A DNA stretch of 63,009 nt, filler included, from Octopus bimaculoides (GCF_001194135.2; 6 parts of 6 records of this genome joined end to end with filler, not necessarily neighbours in it); one strand, 5' to 3'; shown: positions 50,391 to 62,423, numbered from the whole stretch's first letter. The notes: generated by a model not told the origin, from the letters alone. Made by a program: numbers and translations.

Positions 50391-52889
50391 ATATAAGTCG
50401 TCTAGTTGCAATTTGTCTCGAACGCCAGTCCAGACTTAAGTATATATATATANNNNNNNNNNNNNNNNNNNNNNNNNNNNNNNNNNNNNNNNNNNNNNNN
50501 NNNNNNNNNNNNNNNNNNNNNNNNNNNNNNNNNNNNNNNNNNNNNNNNNNNNNNNNNNNNNNNNNNNNNNNNNNNNNNNNNNNNNNNNNNNNNNNNNNNN
50601 NNNNNNNNNNNNNNNNNNNNNNNNNNNNNNNNNNNNNNNNNNNNNNNNNNNNNNNNNNNNNNNNNNNNNNNNNNNNNNNNNNNNNNNNNNNNNNNNNNNN
50701 NNNNNNNNNNNNNNNNNNNNNNNNNNNNNNNNNNNNNNNNNNNNNNNNNNNNNNNNNNNNNNNNNNNNNNNNNNNNNNNNNNNNNNNNNNNNNNNNNNNN
50801 NNNNNNNNNNNNNNNNNNNNNNNNNNNNNATATATATTCATGTATAGATGCTTACATACATGCATACAAACTTTCTCACATACATACATACATACATACA
50901 TATAAATAAACATGCGTGTATGTTGTTAGAAATAGGTTTTGGTAGAGAAATTTATGCATACATAGATACACGGCGTACGGACTAAATTTCATGATAATTA
51001 TGTCTACTTTTTAGGAAGTGCCTCATTTATGAGTTTAGAGTAAACAACGTTGGAAAGCATGAATATGAAAGCTGTTAGCTTACATGGAAGACTGGTAGCC
51101 ATCTGAATACCTCAAAGAGTTACTTGTATTGTCACGATTCGTATAGTGTCTCAAAACCTCGACATCATGGCTACTGATCAACCCCTGTAATAATCATAAT
51201 GCGTGTACAATGAGGTTTAGACAACTGTAACAGTGTCTACGATGTTGTGGTCTGAAATAATGGGTTATAGCATACATCTGTCTGGGTCTGCATGATGGAA
51301 TTCATCCAACAACAAATGCACATAGCATGAAGCTTAATACCTATACATGCGAAACATGATTTCAATCTACAAGACAAAACACCCTATTTGCTAGGCAGAT
51401 GTGCAGTGTGCCATGTAGATTTCCTCAAATACTTATGTTTTGTAATTTAGTACCAAACCTAAGGATATTTAATGTTCATATAGATAAATGTCTCGAGAAA
51501 CGACTATGAAATATCATAACTCCATAACATTAACGCAAACACACACATAAGTATCTTTATTACATTAAGGTTGTCTGAAATGTGTGCGTTAAAAGATAGC
51601 ATTTTGAGTCACATTTATCTTTTCTGCAAACTATTTCTATAACTACGACCAGAGTATACATATTTCTTGACACAGTCCCATATACAATAGGGTTTTGAAA
51701 ATCTGTTGTGAAACCGGTGAAGTGTATTCCTATATTTTAAAATATTATTAAATTCTAATTAATTCTAATATATTCTCTCTGAATTTTCAATCTCATTTCT
51801 TCTATTCCACTATTTGTTTGGTTACATGACAATTATATNNNNNNNNNNNNNNNNNNNNNNNNNNNNNNNNNNNNNNNNNNNNNNNNNNNNNNNNNNNNNN
51901 NNNNNNNNNNNNNNNNNNNNNNNNNNNNNNNNNNNNNNNNNNNNNNNNNNNNNNNNNNNNNNNNNNNNNNNNNNNNNNNNNNNNNNNNNNNNNNNNNNNN
52001 ATATATATATATATATATATATATAATTGCATGAATCTTTTAAAATATCTCCATCTTTGTTGAATTATGTAACTTCAATGTTTCTGATGAAAAGTATTAA
52101 TTCAGGAAATTAAAATGAATGTATTAATGTTTAAAACATAAAACCAGAAAACAGTTGTGTTCGCCATCGAAGATGTCTAAAAGAGAATTTGTTACCAATA
52201 TACAAGAATTAGAATATATCTGTGTTTAAATGTTCCTCTGTGTGTATGTGTGTGTGTGTGTGCGTGAATGCGTATGTACTTGTGTGAGATTGTGCTTGCA
52301 CGCGTGTGTGTACGTGTGTGAGGGTACATGTGTGTGGTGGGGGTCTATTTCTGTGTGTATGTTTTAAGGTGATGGCTTTAACATGACATCTCTTGTCTTG
52401 TTCTCCTTTGTATTTCTCTGTGAACAGCTGAATAATTTAAAGCTAAGAAACGGAAAAGAAAGACGGATTGCAGTAAAAGATATAGTAATATTAGAGAGGG
52501 ATTAGAAAGTTGGAGGGAGCCATAGCCAGACAAAGAGGAAATAAGTAGGGAGGGGGCAGCATATCTTTTTTCGTAGAAGGTAAATACAGTCTCGTTCAGG
52601 TCATTGAACTGAGATGGCCATTAACGGCAAATGGAGTATATAAAAGAAAGAAATTGGATAAATGTAAGTAATATTCAATGAGAAACAATAAACTGGCTGA
52701 ATACATAAAGTGGTGAAGGAAAACAAGTAAATTTTGGCAGATTGGAAACTTTCCTCATGATGAAGATTATGATGATCATCATTAGCATTATCATAGTCGT
52801 AAAGATAATTTAATGGATGGTTTGAAACATATTACATATATATAGATATATATTTTAAAGGAAAGAAATTATACATATTATTTTTTCAT

Positions 52890-53053
52890 AGGCGCAAGAG
52901 TGGCTGTTCTGGTAAGAAGGTTGCTTCTCAACCACATGTTTCCGTGTTCAGTCATACCGTGTGGTAGCTTGGGGAAGTGTGTTCTACTATAGTCACAGAC
53001 CATTTAAAGCCTTGTGAGTGGATTAGGTAGACGTAAGCTGAAAGAACCCCGTC

Positions 53054-53115
<62 letters not shown>
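52890..53115 (+). mobile_element. Family A SINE 5' half
   Basis: ggcgcaagagtggctgttctggtaagaagg...gtgttcagtc...agaaccccgtcgtatatgtgtg. Confidence 0.85.
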
Positions 53116-53377
53116 NNNNNNNNNNNNNNNNNNNNNNNNNNNNNNNNNNNNNNNNNNNNNNNNNNNNNNNNNNNNNNNNNNNNNNNNNNNNNNNNNNNNN
53201 NNNNNNNNNNNNNNNNNNNNNNNNNNNNNNNNNNNNNNNNNNNNNNNNNNNNNNNNNNNNNNNNNNNNNNNNNNNNNNNNNNNNNNNNNNNNNNNNNNNN
53301 NNNNNNNNNNNNNNNNNNNNNNNNNNNNNNNNNNNNNNNNNNNNNNNNNNNNNNNNNNNNNNNNNNNNNNNNNNNNT

Positions 53378-53466
53378 AAAGTGAGAATATCTGAAATTAT
53401 TATTATTCAGGTCATTGGTTGGAATCGAAATCGAAAACTTAGGGGTTAGTTGTGCGCTCTTAAACA

Positions 53467-53530
<64 letters not shown>

Positions 53531-53715
53531 TCGAAAAATAGCTTAGGAATAAGAAACCAAGTTCGAAATTTCTCCAAGACACCTGATAAAGGCTGGTGGG
53601 TATATCAGCCGAAACGATGTGTTAACAACAAACAAGATGAGGACAAATATCCGTCAAATGTAAATAATATAAATTATGTAAATAATTCCTCATTTCTTAA
53701 ATATAGAACTGTATT
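53378..53715 (+). mobile_element. Penelope-associated non-autonomous repeat with (AAT)n and a minimal hammerhead-like motif
   Basis: The hammerhead-like fold at 53579-53622 follows an (AAT)n tract; no ORF. Confidence 0.6.
53579..53622 (+). ncRNA. Minimal type I hammerhead ribozyme-like motif (degenerate)
   Basis: ACAC-CTGATAA-A-GGCTG gtgggtatat CAGCC-GAAAC-GAT-GTGT: stem I ACAC/GTGT, 5-bp stem II, GAAA core. G8 to A and U16.1 to A relative to the CUGANGA...GAAAC-GUH consensus. Confidence 0.6.
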
Positions 53716-53849
53716 AGAGAAAAAGAAAGATGAACCTTTCAAAAAAGTAATCCTTTCAAATGTAACCCCTTGTTCTTGAAATGTTGTGGAAGGGTGCTAG
53801 ACAATTGTATTGACACTAACACTTGATTGGTACTTTTAGCGATGCACTA

Positions 53850-54232
53850 CCCTACACGAACTGGAGGCGAAATGGCCCTTTTGGTAGGGCAGGAGACTTG
53901 AAGGATCGCGGGTTCGATTCCAAAATCGGGCGTTGTAAGTGTTTATTGAACGAAAACACCTAAAGTTCCACAAGGCTCCGGCAGGGGATGGCGAACCCTG
54001 CTGTACTCTTTCACCACGACTTTCTCTCACTCTTTTTCCTGTTTCTGTTGTACCTGTATTTCAAAGGGACAGCCTTGTCACACTTTGTGACACGATGAAT
54101 CTCCCCGAGAACTATGTTAAGGATACACGTGTCTGTGGAGTGCTCAGCCACTTGCACGTTAATTTCACGAACAGGCTGTTCCATTGTTTGGATCAATTGG
54201 AACCCTCGTCGTCGTAACCGACGGAGTGCCAA
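53850..54232 (+). mobile_element. tRNA-derived SINE family E (near full length)
   Basis: A-box-like tggcccttttggtag, B-box gggttcgattcc, 3' end gtcgtaaccgacggagtgcc. Confidence 0.85.
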
Positions 54233-54239
54233 CCACCCT

Positions 54240-54600
54240 ACCCGAGCTGATGTCGATCCTAGGGGAAGTTTAACTCAGAACGTAAAGACGAGCGAAATGA
54301 TGCAAAGTATTTCGTCCGGCTGGCTAATAAACCTGTCAGCTTAGCGACTGTACTTCGAAATTAATAATGGTTTCACGCTTTCCCGCAAGATTTGTAATTC
54401 TTGGTGAGGTTATAAGCCAGTTACATCTATATCAGTGCTTGACTAGTAAATATTACCCCGAAAGGATGGAAAGCAAAATTGACCTCGGTAGAAGTTAAAT
54501 TCAAAACACAAAAAACAAAAGAAGATAAAATTAGGACGCAATGCCACAAGGCATTTACCCTGCTGGTAAATGTTCTACCATCGCGCAGCCTTAATTTTGA
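54240..54600 (-). mobile_element. Two degenerate family-B SINE copies
   Basis: aactcagaacgtaaagacg...gtatttcgtccggc, and gaaaggatggaaagcaaaattgacctcgg...gcgcagcc. Confidence 0.7.
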
Positions 54601-54605
54601 AAATT

Positions 54606-54809
54606 CTTCTACTTGTTTCTGTCATTTGACTGCGGCCATGGTAGAGCACCGCCTTTAGTCGAGCAAATCGACCCCAGAACTTACTCTTTGTAAGCATATT
54701 ACTTAGTCTATTCTACTCTTCTACTCTTTTGCCGAACCGCTAAGTTACTGGAGCGTAGACGCACCAGCATCAGTTGTCAAGCTCGATGTTGGGGGAGAGA
54801 TAAACACAG

Positions 54810-54835
<26 letters not shown>
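54606..54835 (-). mobile_element. Family A SINE 3' half
   Basis: cttgtttctgtcatttgactgcggccatggtagagcaccgcctttagtcgagcaaatcgacccc. Confidence 0.85.
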
Positions 54836-54883
<48 letters not shown>

Positions 54884-55651
54884 NNNNNNNNNNNNNNNNN
54901 NNNNNNNNNNNNNNNNNNNNNNNNNNNNNNNNNNNNNNNNNNNNNNNNNNNNNNNNNNNNNNNNNNNNNNNNNNNNNNNNNNNNNNNNNNNNNNNNNNNN
55001 NNNNNNNNNNNNNNNNNNNNNNNNNNNNNNNNNNNNNNNNNNNNNNNNNNNNNNNNNNNNNNNNNNNNNNNNNNNNNNNNNNNNNNNNNNNNNNNNNNNN
55101 NNNNNNNNNNNNNNNNNNNNNNNNNNNNNNNNNNNNNNNNNNNNNNNNNNNNNNNNNNNNNNNNNNNNNNNNNNNNNNNNNNNNNNNNNNNNNNNNNNNN
55201 NNNNNNNNNNNNNNNNNNNNNNNNNNNNNNNNNNNNNNNNNNNNNNNNNNNNNNNNNNNNNNNNNNNNNNNNNNNNNNNNNNNNNNNNNNNNNNNNNNNN
55301 NNNNNNNNNNNNNNNNNNNNNNNNNNNNNNNNNNNNNNNNNNNNNNNNNNNNNNNNNNNNNNNNNNNNNNNNNNNNNNNNNNNNNNNNNNNNNNNNNNNN
55401 NNNNNNNNNNNNNNNNNNNNNNNNNNNNNNNNNNNNNNNNNNNNNNNNNNNNNNNNNNNNNNNNNNNNNNNNNNNNNNNNNNNNNNNNNNNNNNNNNNNN
55501 NNNNNNNNNNNNNNNNNNNNNNNNNNNNNNNNNNNNNNNNNNNNNNNNNNNNNNNNNNNNNNNNNNNNNNNNNNNNNNNNNNNNNNNNNNNNNNNNNNNN
55601 NNNNNNNNNNNNNNNNNNNNNNNNNNNNNNNNNNNNNNNNNNNNNNNNNNN

Positions 55652-55700
<49 letters not shown>

Positions 55701-56308
55701 TATGTATGTATTCAGAGAGAAAGAGAGAGAGAGAGAGAAAGAGAGAGATACATAAATGTGTGTGGGGGAATATAGGAATATAGGAATGAAAAAAGCAAAC
55801 AGAGTTTATTCCTCGAATTTATTTCTAAGATGAATCCATACTCAAGACATAAAACCGTTCCTTGGGAATGTTTTTTTATCTTACTTTTGAACTAAAAGCT
55901 ATTAATGAGTGCAATATAAATCAAAAACGATGTATTATAGATCACTAGGGTAATATAAGATTTTTGAAAGCTTAAACCACTTTCCCAAAGGGAAGAACAT
56001 ATACAAAACAATTGATAACCTATTGACATTTTCGAATAGTATTTCTATGGCTTATCACAATGTAATTGTCTTAGACGAATTAGGTAGGTATGTTTATGTC
56101 ATAGTTTGTGTGTGTGTGTGTCTGTGTCTGTGTCTGTGTATTCATTTGGTGTTGTTTTTTTCCCTTACTTATACTGGTTTGCAAAGAAAATTCATGTACG
56201 AATAAAAACACAACTACAAAGAAATGGCACAAACTCAAATACACACATATAAGTATATAAGCACGAAAATATCCTGTCTTGTCTGTACAGCTAACCAACA
56301 GTACTGGT

Positions 56309-56695
56309 TTACATACAAGACTTATACATTTTATCTATCTGTTTATCGAAGAATATAAAGGTCTCCCTGGCAGATAGAATTACACCAATTTCTGAGGAGG
56401 TTAAGTTGGTTAAGTTGTTCGCTAAATTCAGGGCGTCTTTAAGGAGGATTGGTGATATGGAGGCGTAGTAATTGTTGATGTCAAGTTTTAGGAATGAGTA
56501 GGTGTTTTTGTCTTGAAGCAGGTAGAACCAGGTGATGATCTCACTTGTGCAGGACCATAAGTTTACATTTACCTTCTCTCTAATAGAAGGTATGATACTA
56601 TCTAGTATACTTTTGCTTATTAGTCCTAAATCCGATTTGGTGGGCCAGATGAGTCTAATAGAGGGTTTGGTTAAGATGTGTGGGTTATGGTCTTT
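56309..56695 (-). pseudogene. Penelope-like element reverse transcriptase fragment (Naiad/Chlamys-like), 128 codons without a stop
   Basis: KDHNPHILTKPSIRLIWPTKSDLGLISKSILDSII...NLWSCTSEIITWF...FLKLDINNYYASISPILLKDALNLA...EIGVILSARETFIF. Matches the PLE pattern 'LKDHK..F...P..RLINP.KS.LG.ISK.ILD' and 'F..FDI..FYPSI'. It has no start codon, so the ORF track omits it. Confidence 0.85.
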
Positions 56696-56699
56696 ACAT

Positions 56700-56868
56700 A
56701 TAATATATACGACTGGCTTCTTTCAGTGTCTGCCAAGCAAACCCACTCACAAGTCTTTGGTCGGCCCGAGGCTATAGTAGAAGAAACTTTCCTAAGATGT
56801 CATTCAGTGGGACTGAACACGGAACCATGTGTTTGGGAAGCAAGCTTCTTACCACAGAGCCACTCCTA
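56700..56868 (-). mobile_element. Family A SINE 5' half abutting the PLE RT
   Basis: gactggcttctttcagtgtc...cagtgggactgaacacggaaccatgtg...agccactcc. Confidence 0.85.
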
Positions 56869-56879
56869 ATATTTGACGT

Positions 56880-57050
56880 ATTTCATGCTACGGAACCGCC
56901 TTGCTATATTGTTTGACAGGGTAACGTTCTCTGAAATCGAAGCTGTTGCAGTACTGGTCCCTTATTTGAGCTGAAGAAGACGGGATGTTTGGTAGTATGC
57001 AGTACCGTTCAGTTCGGTGGTTGACATAGCTTTTAACTCTACACATGGAA
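56880..57050 (-). pseudogene. CR1-like LINE C-terminal fragment
   Basis: RTERYCILPNIPSSSAQIRDQYCNSFDFR resembles 'HCIVP..PS.....RT.YCNSLGFRGP'. Confidence 0.5.
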
Positions 57051-57061
57051 GCTATATTCTT

Positions 57062-57292
57062 TAATTCTTTTATTCTTTTATTTGTTTCAGTCATTTGACT
57101 GCTGTCATGCTTGAGCACCGCCTTTAGTCGAGCAAATCGACCCCGGGACTTATTCTTTGTAAGCCTAGTCCTTATTTTATCGGTCTCTCTTGCCGAACCG
57201 ACCGCTAAGTGACGGGGACATAAACATACCACAGCGGTTGTAAAGCGATGCTGGGGGGGGGGCAACACAGACACACAAATATATACATATAC
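57062..57292 (-). mobile_element. Family A SINE 3' half
   Basis: tttgtttcagtcatttgactgc...gagcaccgcctttagtcgagcaaatcgacccc. Confidence 0.9.
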
Positions 57293-57323
57293 GACGTGCT
57301 TCTCTATATATGTATAGATAGAT

Positions 57324-57362
<39 letters not shown>

Positions 57363-57374
57363 TGTGTGTGTGGT

Positions 57375-57474
57375 NNNNNNNNNNNNNNNNNNNNNNNNNN
57401 NNNNNNNNNNNNNNNNNNTTAATTAATTAANNNNNNNNNNNNNNNNNNNNNNNNNNNNNNNNNNNNNNNNNNNN
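57375..57474. other. Artificial scaffold-joining spacer
   Basis: 44 N + TTAATTAATTAA (57419-57430) + 44 N. Confidence 0.95.
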
Positions 57475-57516
<42 letters not shown>

Positions 57517-58055
57517 ATGCGGGCGGTGGGGCGTATGTTAACGAAAATGAAGTATGGACTGAAGGCAGACCTCAGCCGACTGCATGTCGGTGGTTGGAAG
57601 GTGTGAAATGCTGGAAGAGCAACCAGATTAAACGATAAACTTATGACACATTAAGACGGTAACATGTCATACGTTTTTGTTTCCCTTTTTACTTTCTTTC
57701 AGTTTCCTTTTGTTTTCGTTAGGAAGACTTGTCTGTCAGACACCTCCGTCAAATGATTGACTGGATATTGAACCCCTGACTGCCCTTTAGCAATTATGCT
57801 GACACTCGTTGAGGTTGAACGGCGTAAGGAGACAAGAAACTGAAATGGCAGGTCTGCGCTGATAAACGGTTGATAATCACAGTAGACAACAGCGTTTTGC
57901 TTGGTAATTAATTGTCGTCTGATAGGTATGACATGGTATCTATAGTTTTATAGCGAGAGATAGAGAGAGTAAAAGATGTACACACACACACACATATATG
58001 TATGTATACACATAGTGATAAATAGAAAGACAGATATAGGGATATCTGTATAATA

Positions 58056-58099
<44 letters not shown>

Positions 58100-58139
58100 T
58101 ACATACATACATACATACGTATGTATGTATGTATGTTTA

Positions 58140-58187
<48 letters not shown>

Positions 58188-58479
58188 CACAAATATATAT
58201 ATGTGTGTGAGTGTGTGTGCGTGTATGTGTGTGTGTGTGTGTGTGAGTGAGTGTGTGCGTGTGTGTATTATACTCATCTTCGTTCCGGTCTGCTGAGTCA
58301 CCAATTTTGAAGAACCCTATAATTACATATACATGCATCTATACATACATATTTGTGCGTATATGCGTGTGAGTGTGTATGTATGTATGTATGTATGTAT
58401 GTATGTATGTATGTATGTGTGTATGTATGTGTGTATGTATGTATGTAGGGATGGATGGATAAATGGATGAATGGATGTC

Positions 58480-58603
58480 ATTGGTCAGTTTTATTTCAAG
58501 ATTTCTTGCAAAAAGAGCTGGTTTCTAACCTAGATCCTTGTCGCCTCCAATGCAATCTCAACATCAGCAACAGGGTCTTTTTGTTTGTATATATGCATGT
58601 ATG

Positions 58604-58637
<34 letters not shown>

Positions 58638-59110
58638 TGTATGTATATATGTATGTATGTATGTATATGTGCAGATATGTATGTTTTGCTTTATGTATGT
58701 ATTCTCATGCATGTAGTTGCATATCTAGACATGCTCATATATATTTAAATGATAAACTTCTGGAAAGTTTTACAGATCTTTACAGTTCCAGTGATAGCTT
58801 CCCCCTTTCAAGATTCGTATGTGTTATATAACTTAGGGCTCCAATAATTACAGGTATAAACCTGAACTTCTAATTTGGATAGAGAAACTGCATATTTCTC
58901 AATCGCTCAGCGTATGTATATATGCATGCATGTATGTATGTATGTATGTATGTATGTATATATGTATGTATGTATTATGTACGTATGTTTGTATGTATGT
59001 ATGTATGTTATCAATCAGTTTCATTTCTGTATTTCTTGTCCATAGAGAAAGAGCCGGACTCTAACATAGATTCAAGGCTCCTTCATTGGAACTTTTATCA
59101 ACATCATCTA
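58480..59110. mobile_element. Second copy (58480-58905) and partial third copy (59010-59110) of the (TATG)n-embedded repeat
   Basis: Homologous to 23462-23905. Confidence 0.8.
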
Positions 59111-59474
59111 GGTATTTGTGCATATGTGTGTGTGTGTGTGCAGTATTTGGTGTTAGTGCATGCGCAGATTNNNNNNNNNNNNNNNNNNNNNNNNNNNNNN
59201 NNNNNNNNNNNNNNNNNNNNNNNNNNNNNNNNNNNNNNNNNNNNNNNNNNNNNNNNNNNNNNNNNNNNNNNNNNNNNNNNNNNNNNNNNNNNNNNNNNNN
59301 NNNNNNNNNNNNNNNNNNNNNNNNNNNNNNNNNNNNNNNNNNNNNNNNNNNNNNNNNNNNNNNNNNNNNNNNNNNNNNNNNNNNNNNNNNNNNNNNNNNN
59401 NNNNNNNNNNNNNNNNNNNNNNNNNNNNNNNNNNNNNNNNNNNNNNNNNNNNNNNNNNNNNNNNNNNNNNNNNN

Positions 59475-59900
59475 AAGAAATAAGAATCGTTAGCACGCCG
59501 GGCGAAATGCTTAGCGGTATTTCGTCTGCCGTTACATTCTGAGTTCAAATTCCGCCGAGGTCGTCTTTGCCTTTCATCTTTTCGGGGTCGATAAATTAAG
59601 TACCAGTTACGCACTGGGGTCGATGTAATCGACTTAATCCCTTTGTCTGTCCTTGTTTGTCCCCTCTATGTTTAGCCCCTTATGAGCAATAAAGAAATAA
59701 GAATCGTTAGCACGCCGGACAAAATGGTTAGCCCCATTTCGGCCGTCTTTACATTTTAAATACAAACTCCACCGACCTCGACTATGCCTTTCATCCTTTC
59801 AGGATCGATAAAAGAAGTACCAGTTGAATACTGAAGGTCAATGTAATCGACTTAACCCCCACCCCAAAATTGCTGGCCTTTGGTCAAAATTTGAATCCAT
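59475..59900 (+). mobile_element. Two tandem family-B SINEs (first copy CpG-intact, young)
   Basis: aagaaataagaatcgttagcacgccgggcgaaatgcttagcggtatttcg..., with the same junction repeated at about 59695. Confidence 0.9.
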
Positions 59901-60265
59901 TATATAATTGACGAGTTATGTCCCTTCGTGCGCAGAGCTAACACCTGACCTGTATGAAGATCTGCAGTACTAGGGTCCTCAACAACGGGACTGAGTTTCC
60001 CAATTGCTCCCCGCCCCCGCCACTCCAGCATCACAGGATGCCTTCGCATTGGGTTTGCATTCAGACGCTATTTACATGGTCAAAGGTTAAGATCATAGCG
60101 CCTAGGTAACCATAGTCATGAGATGAACTCGTTCACAGCGATAAATCAGAAAGGCAAAATGGAACGAGCAGAACAAGAGGAGAGCACAAACACATGGGAC
60201 AGAGAGTCGCTGCAGAGATCACAGGACATATGGTGATAGAGGTTTGACAAAGAAATGATGATGAC

Positions 60266-60299
<34 letters not shown>

Positions 60300-60310
<11 letters not shown>

Positions 60311-60555
60311 AAATGCTCTGATACAGTACCAGGCAGTGGCTCTCATGGCTTCTGATCTTAATTGATTGGAAATGTTATCATGTACATTGTTTTGTCTTGG
60401 TACAAAAGATGGGGCTACAGCAAATATTCTGCTCAATACCACAGGTTTGCTTGTCAGTTGTTTGACCTTAACCAGTTGAGCATGTCCCTTGGTGGCTGAC
60501 GATATGTGCATCTCTGATCATGAGCAGAAGTAGTGGGGGAGCATCATAACCATAG
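60300..60555. mobile_element. Interspersed repeat with (GAT)n end (SINE/LINE tail-like)
   Basis: gcatctctgatcatgagcagaagtagtggggg resembles, inverted, the segment at about 32445-32480. Confidence 0.45.
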
Positions 60556-60577
60556 TCATGATGGGTATAATGGGCTT

Positions 60578-60677
60578 NNNNNNNNNNNNNNNNNNNNNNN
60601 NNNNNNNNNNNNNNNNNNNNNTTAATTAATTAANNNNNNNNNNNNNNNNNNNNNNNNNNNNNNNNNNNNNNNNNNNN
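60578..60677. other. Artificial scaffold-joining spacer
   Basis: 44 N + TTAATTAATTAA (60622-60633) + 44 N. Confidence 0.95.
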
Positions 60678-60797
60678 GGAGGGGGAGGAATAAAGGCCAA
60701 CAACAACAACAATAAAAACATAAGAGTAAAAAGAAATAAAAGTAAAAAAAAATATAAGTGGAATAAAAAATGCAACGGTGACTTGAAAAGGGAATTC

Positions 60798-60905
60798 GTT
60801 GTCATGGCAAACGACAGCGCTTCTTCTTTCAATTTTGTGTTCTGTGATTTAATCGTGTCGCCTGCAGTGGGCATGCGCAGCTGACATTTACCGTACGGTC
60901 ACGTG
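60798..60905. promoter_or_regulatory. Candidate regulatory motif cluster
   Basis: X-box-like GTTGTCATGGCAAAC (60798-60812), NRF1-like GCATGCGCA (60871-60879), CAGCTG (60878-60883) and GTCACGTG (60898-60905) in CpG-rich unique DNA. Confidence 0.3.
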
Positions 60906-61040
60906 CCGTCGGTGATTTAACAAGGAAGACGCTCGCAAACATATGCATACGTGCATGCGCGAGCGCGCGTTGTGTGTGTGTGTGTGTGTGTGTGTGTCCT
61001 TGCATGCATATTTGTATACACACACACACANNNNNNNNNN

Positions 61041-61118
<78 letters not shown>

Positions 61119-61216
61119 GCTTGTGTATTTATATGTATACACGTGTATTTACGTATGTATATGTGTGTGTGTGTGCCCTCATGTATCGTGTGTGTACACG
61201 TGTATGTTTGTATATA

Positions 61217-61249
<33 letters not shown>

Positions 61250-61250
61250 A

Positions 61251-61498
61251 GGCGCAGGAGTGACTGTGTGGTAAGTAGCTTGCTTACCAATCACATGGTT
61301 CCGGGTTCAGTCCCACAGCCACTCCTATATATATACACGACAGGATTCTTTCAGTTTCCGTCTACCAAATCCACTCACAAATATTTGGTCGGCCATAGGC
61401 TGTAGTATAAGACACATACCCAAGGTGCGAGAAGCAGTGGGACTGAACCCGGAACTATGTGTCTGGGAAGAAAGTTTTCTACCACATAGCCGCGCCTG
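61251..61498. mobile_element. Composite inverted family A SINE
   Basis: + head 61251-61316, a short inverted 5' tip (cacagccactcct), then a - strand 5' half ending gccgcgcctg. Confidence 0.85.
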
Positions 61499-62233
61499 TT
61501 AACAATGTGATCGAAGATAGAAAAAAAAAATTAGCTATAGCATGTATACTGTTAATCGCCTACGAAATGTCATAACTTCCAGAGCTGGCTCCAAATTTTA
61601 TAATGGCCAATAACGAAAGTAGGGAGATTTGGGTGCTATTTCTAATAGCTCGCTGGATCACGTGCATTCCTTTCATATTAATCTGTTTATATACCTGCGG
61701 TTTTGGATGGTAAATGCAGAGAATTCAGTCAAAGAGCAAACATTATTTCGCGATGCGTATACATTTTGCCCGTAGCTCTCGCAGAGTACACCCTAAAATA
61801 GTGGTGTCTTTATTAAAGATAGGGGTTAATAAACGGTTACTGATGCTTCTGTTATGTTTAGGGAACGCCTAAATAGGGGAACAAAAACTGCAGTTGAAAC
61901 GCACGTTTTGTCTTAACGATTTGTGTGTGTCTGGTTTATTGCTAACGGCATTTACGAAAAACACGTTTCTTAATGGCGTCGACTTCACGAGATTGTGGTG
62001 TGATTGGACGAGACTTGCGTACAAGTGTGGCGTTTCTTTTCTATTGCGTGAGGGTGTTTGGCAGAAGAAAAAGGCATTGAAGGGGGGGGGGGGGAAGAAG
62101 ATGATGGAGGAGAAGGAGGTGGAGGTGTGAAAAGGGAGAAAGAGACGAGCATGCAGAAATGTTTAAATATTTGCTGCACAGCATACAGACACAAACATAC
62201 GCACACACACACACATATACACATATATATACA

Positions 62234-62391
62234 CGAGTGGCTGTGTGGTAAGTAGCTTGCTTACCAACCACATGGTTCTGGGTTCAGTCCCACTGCGTGG
62301 CACCTTGGGCAAGTGTCTTCTACTATAGCCTCGGGCCGACCAAAGCCTTGTGAGTGGATTTGGTAGATGGAAACTGAAAGAAGCCCGCCGC

Positions 62392-62420
<29 letters not shown>
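62234..62420 (+). mobile_element. Family A SINE 5' half (young)
   Basis: gagtggctgtgtggtaagtagcttgcttaccaaccacatggttctgggttcagtcccactgcgtggcaccttgggc. Confidence 0.92.

Positions 62421-62423
<3 letters not shown>

Noticed and set aside
53855-53925. tRNA gene candidates (also SINE heads at 8652, 16914, 61251, 62234 and 29455)
   Set aside because: They have A/B boxes but no complete cloverleaf, and they continue into SINE bodies.
14026-59614. Long ORFs made mostly of X
   Set aside because: They run through N gaps; artefacts.
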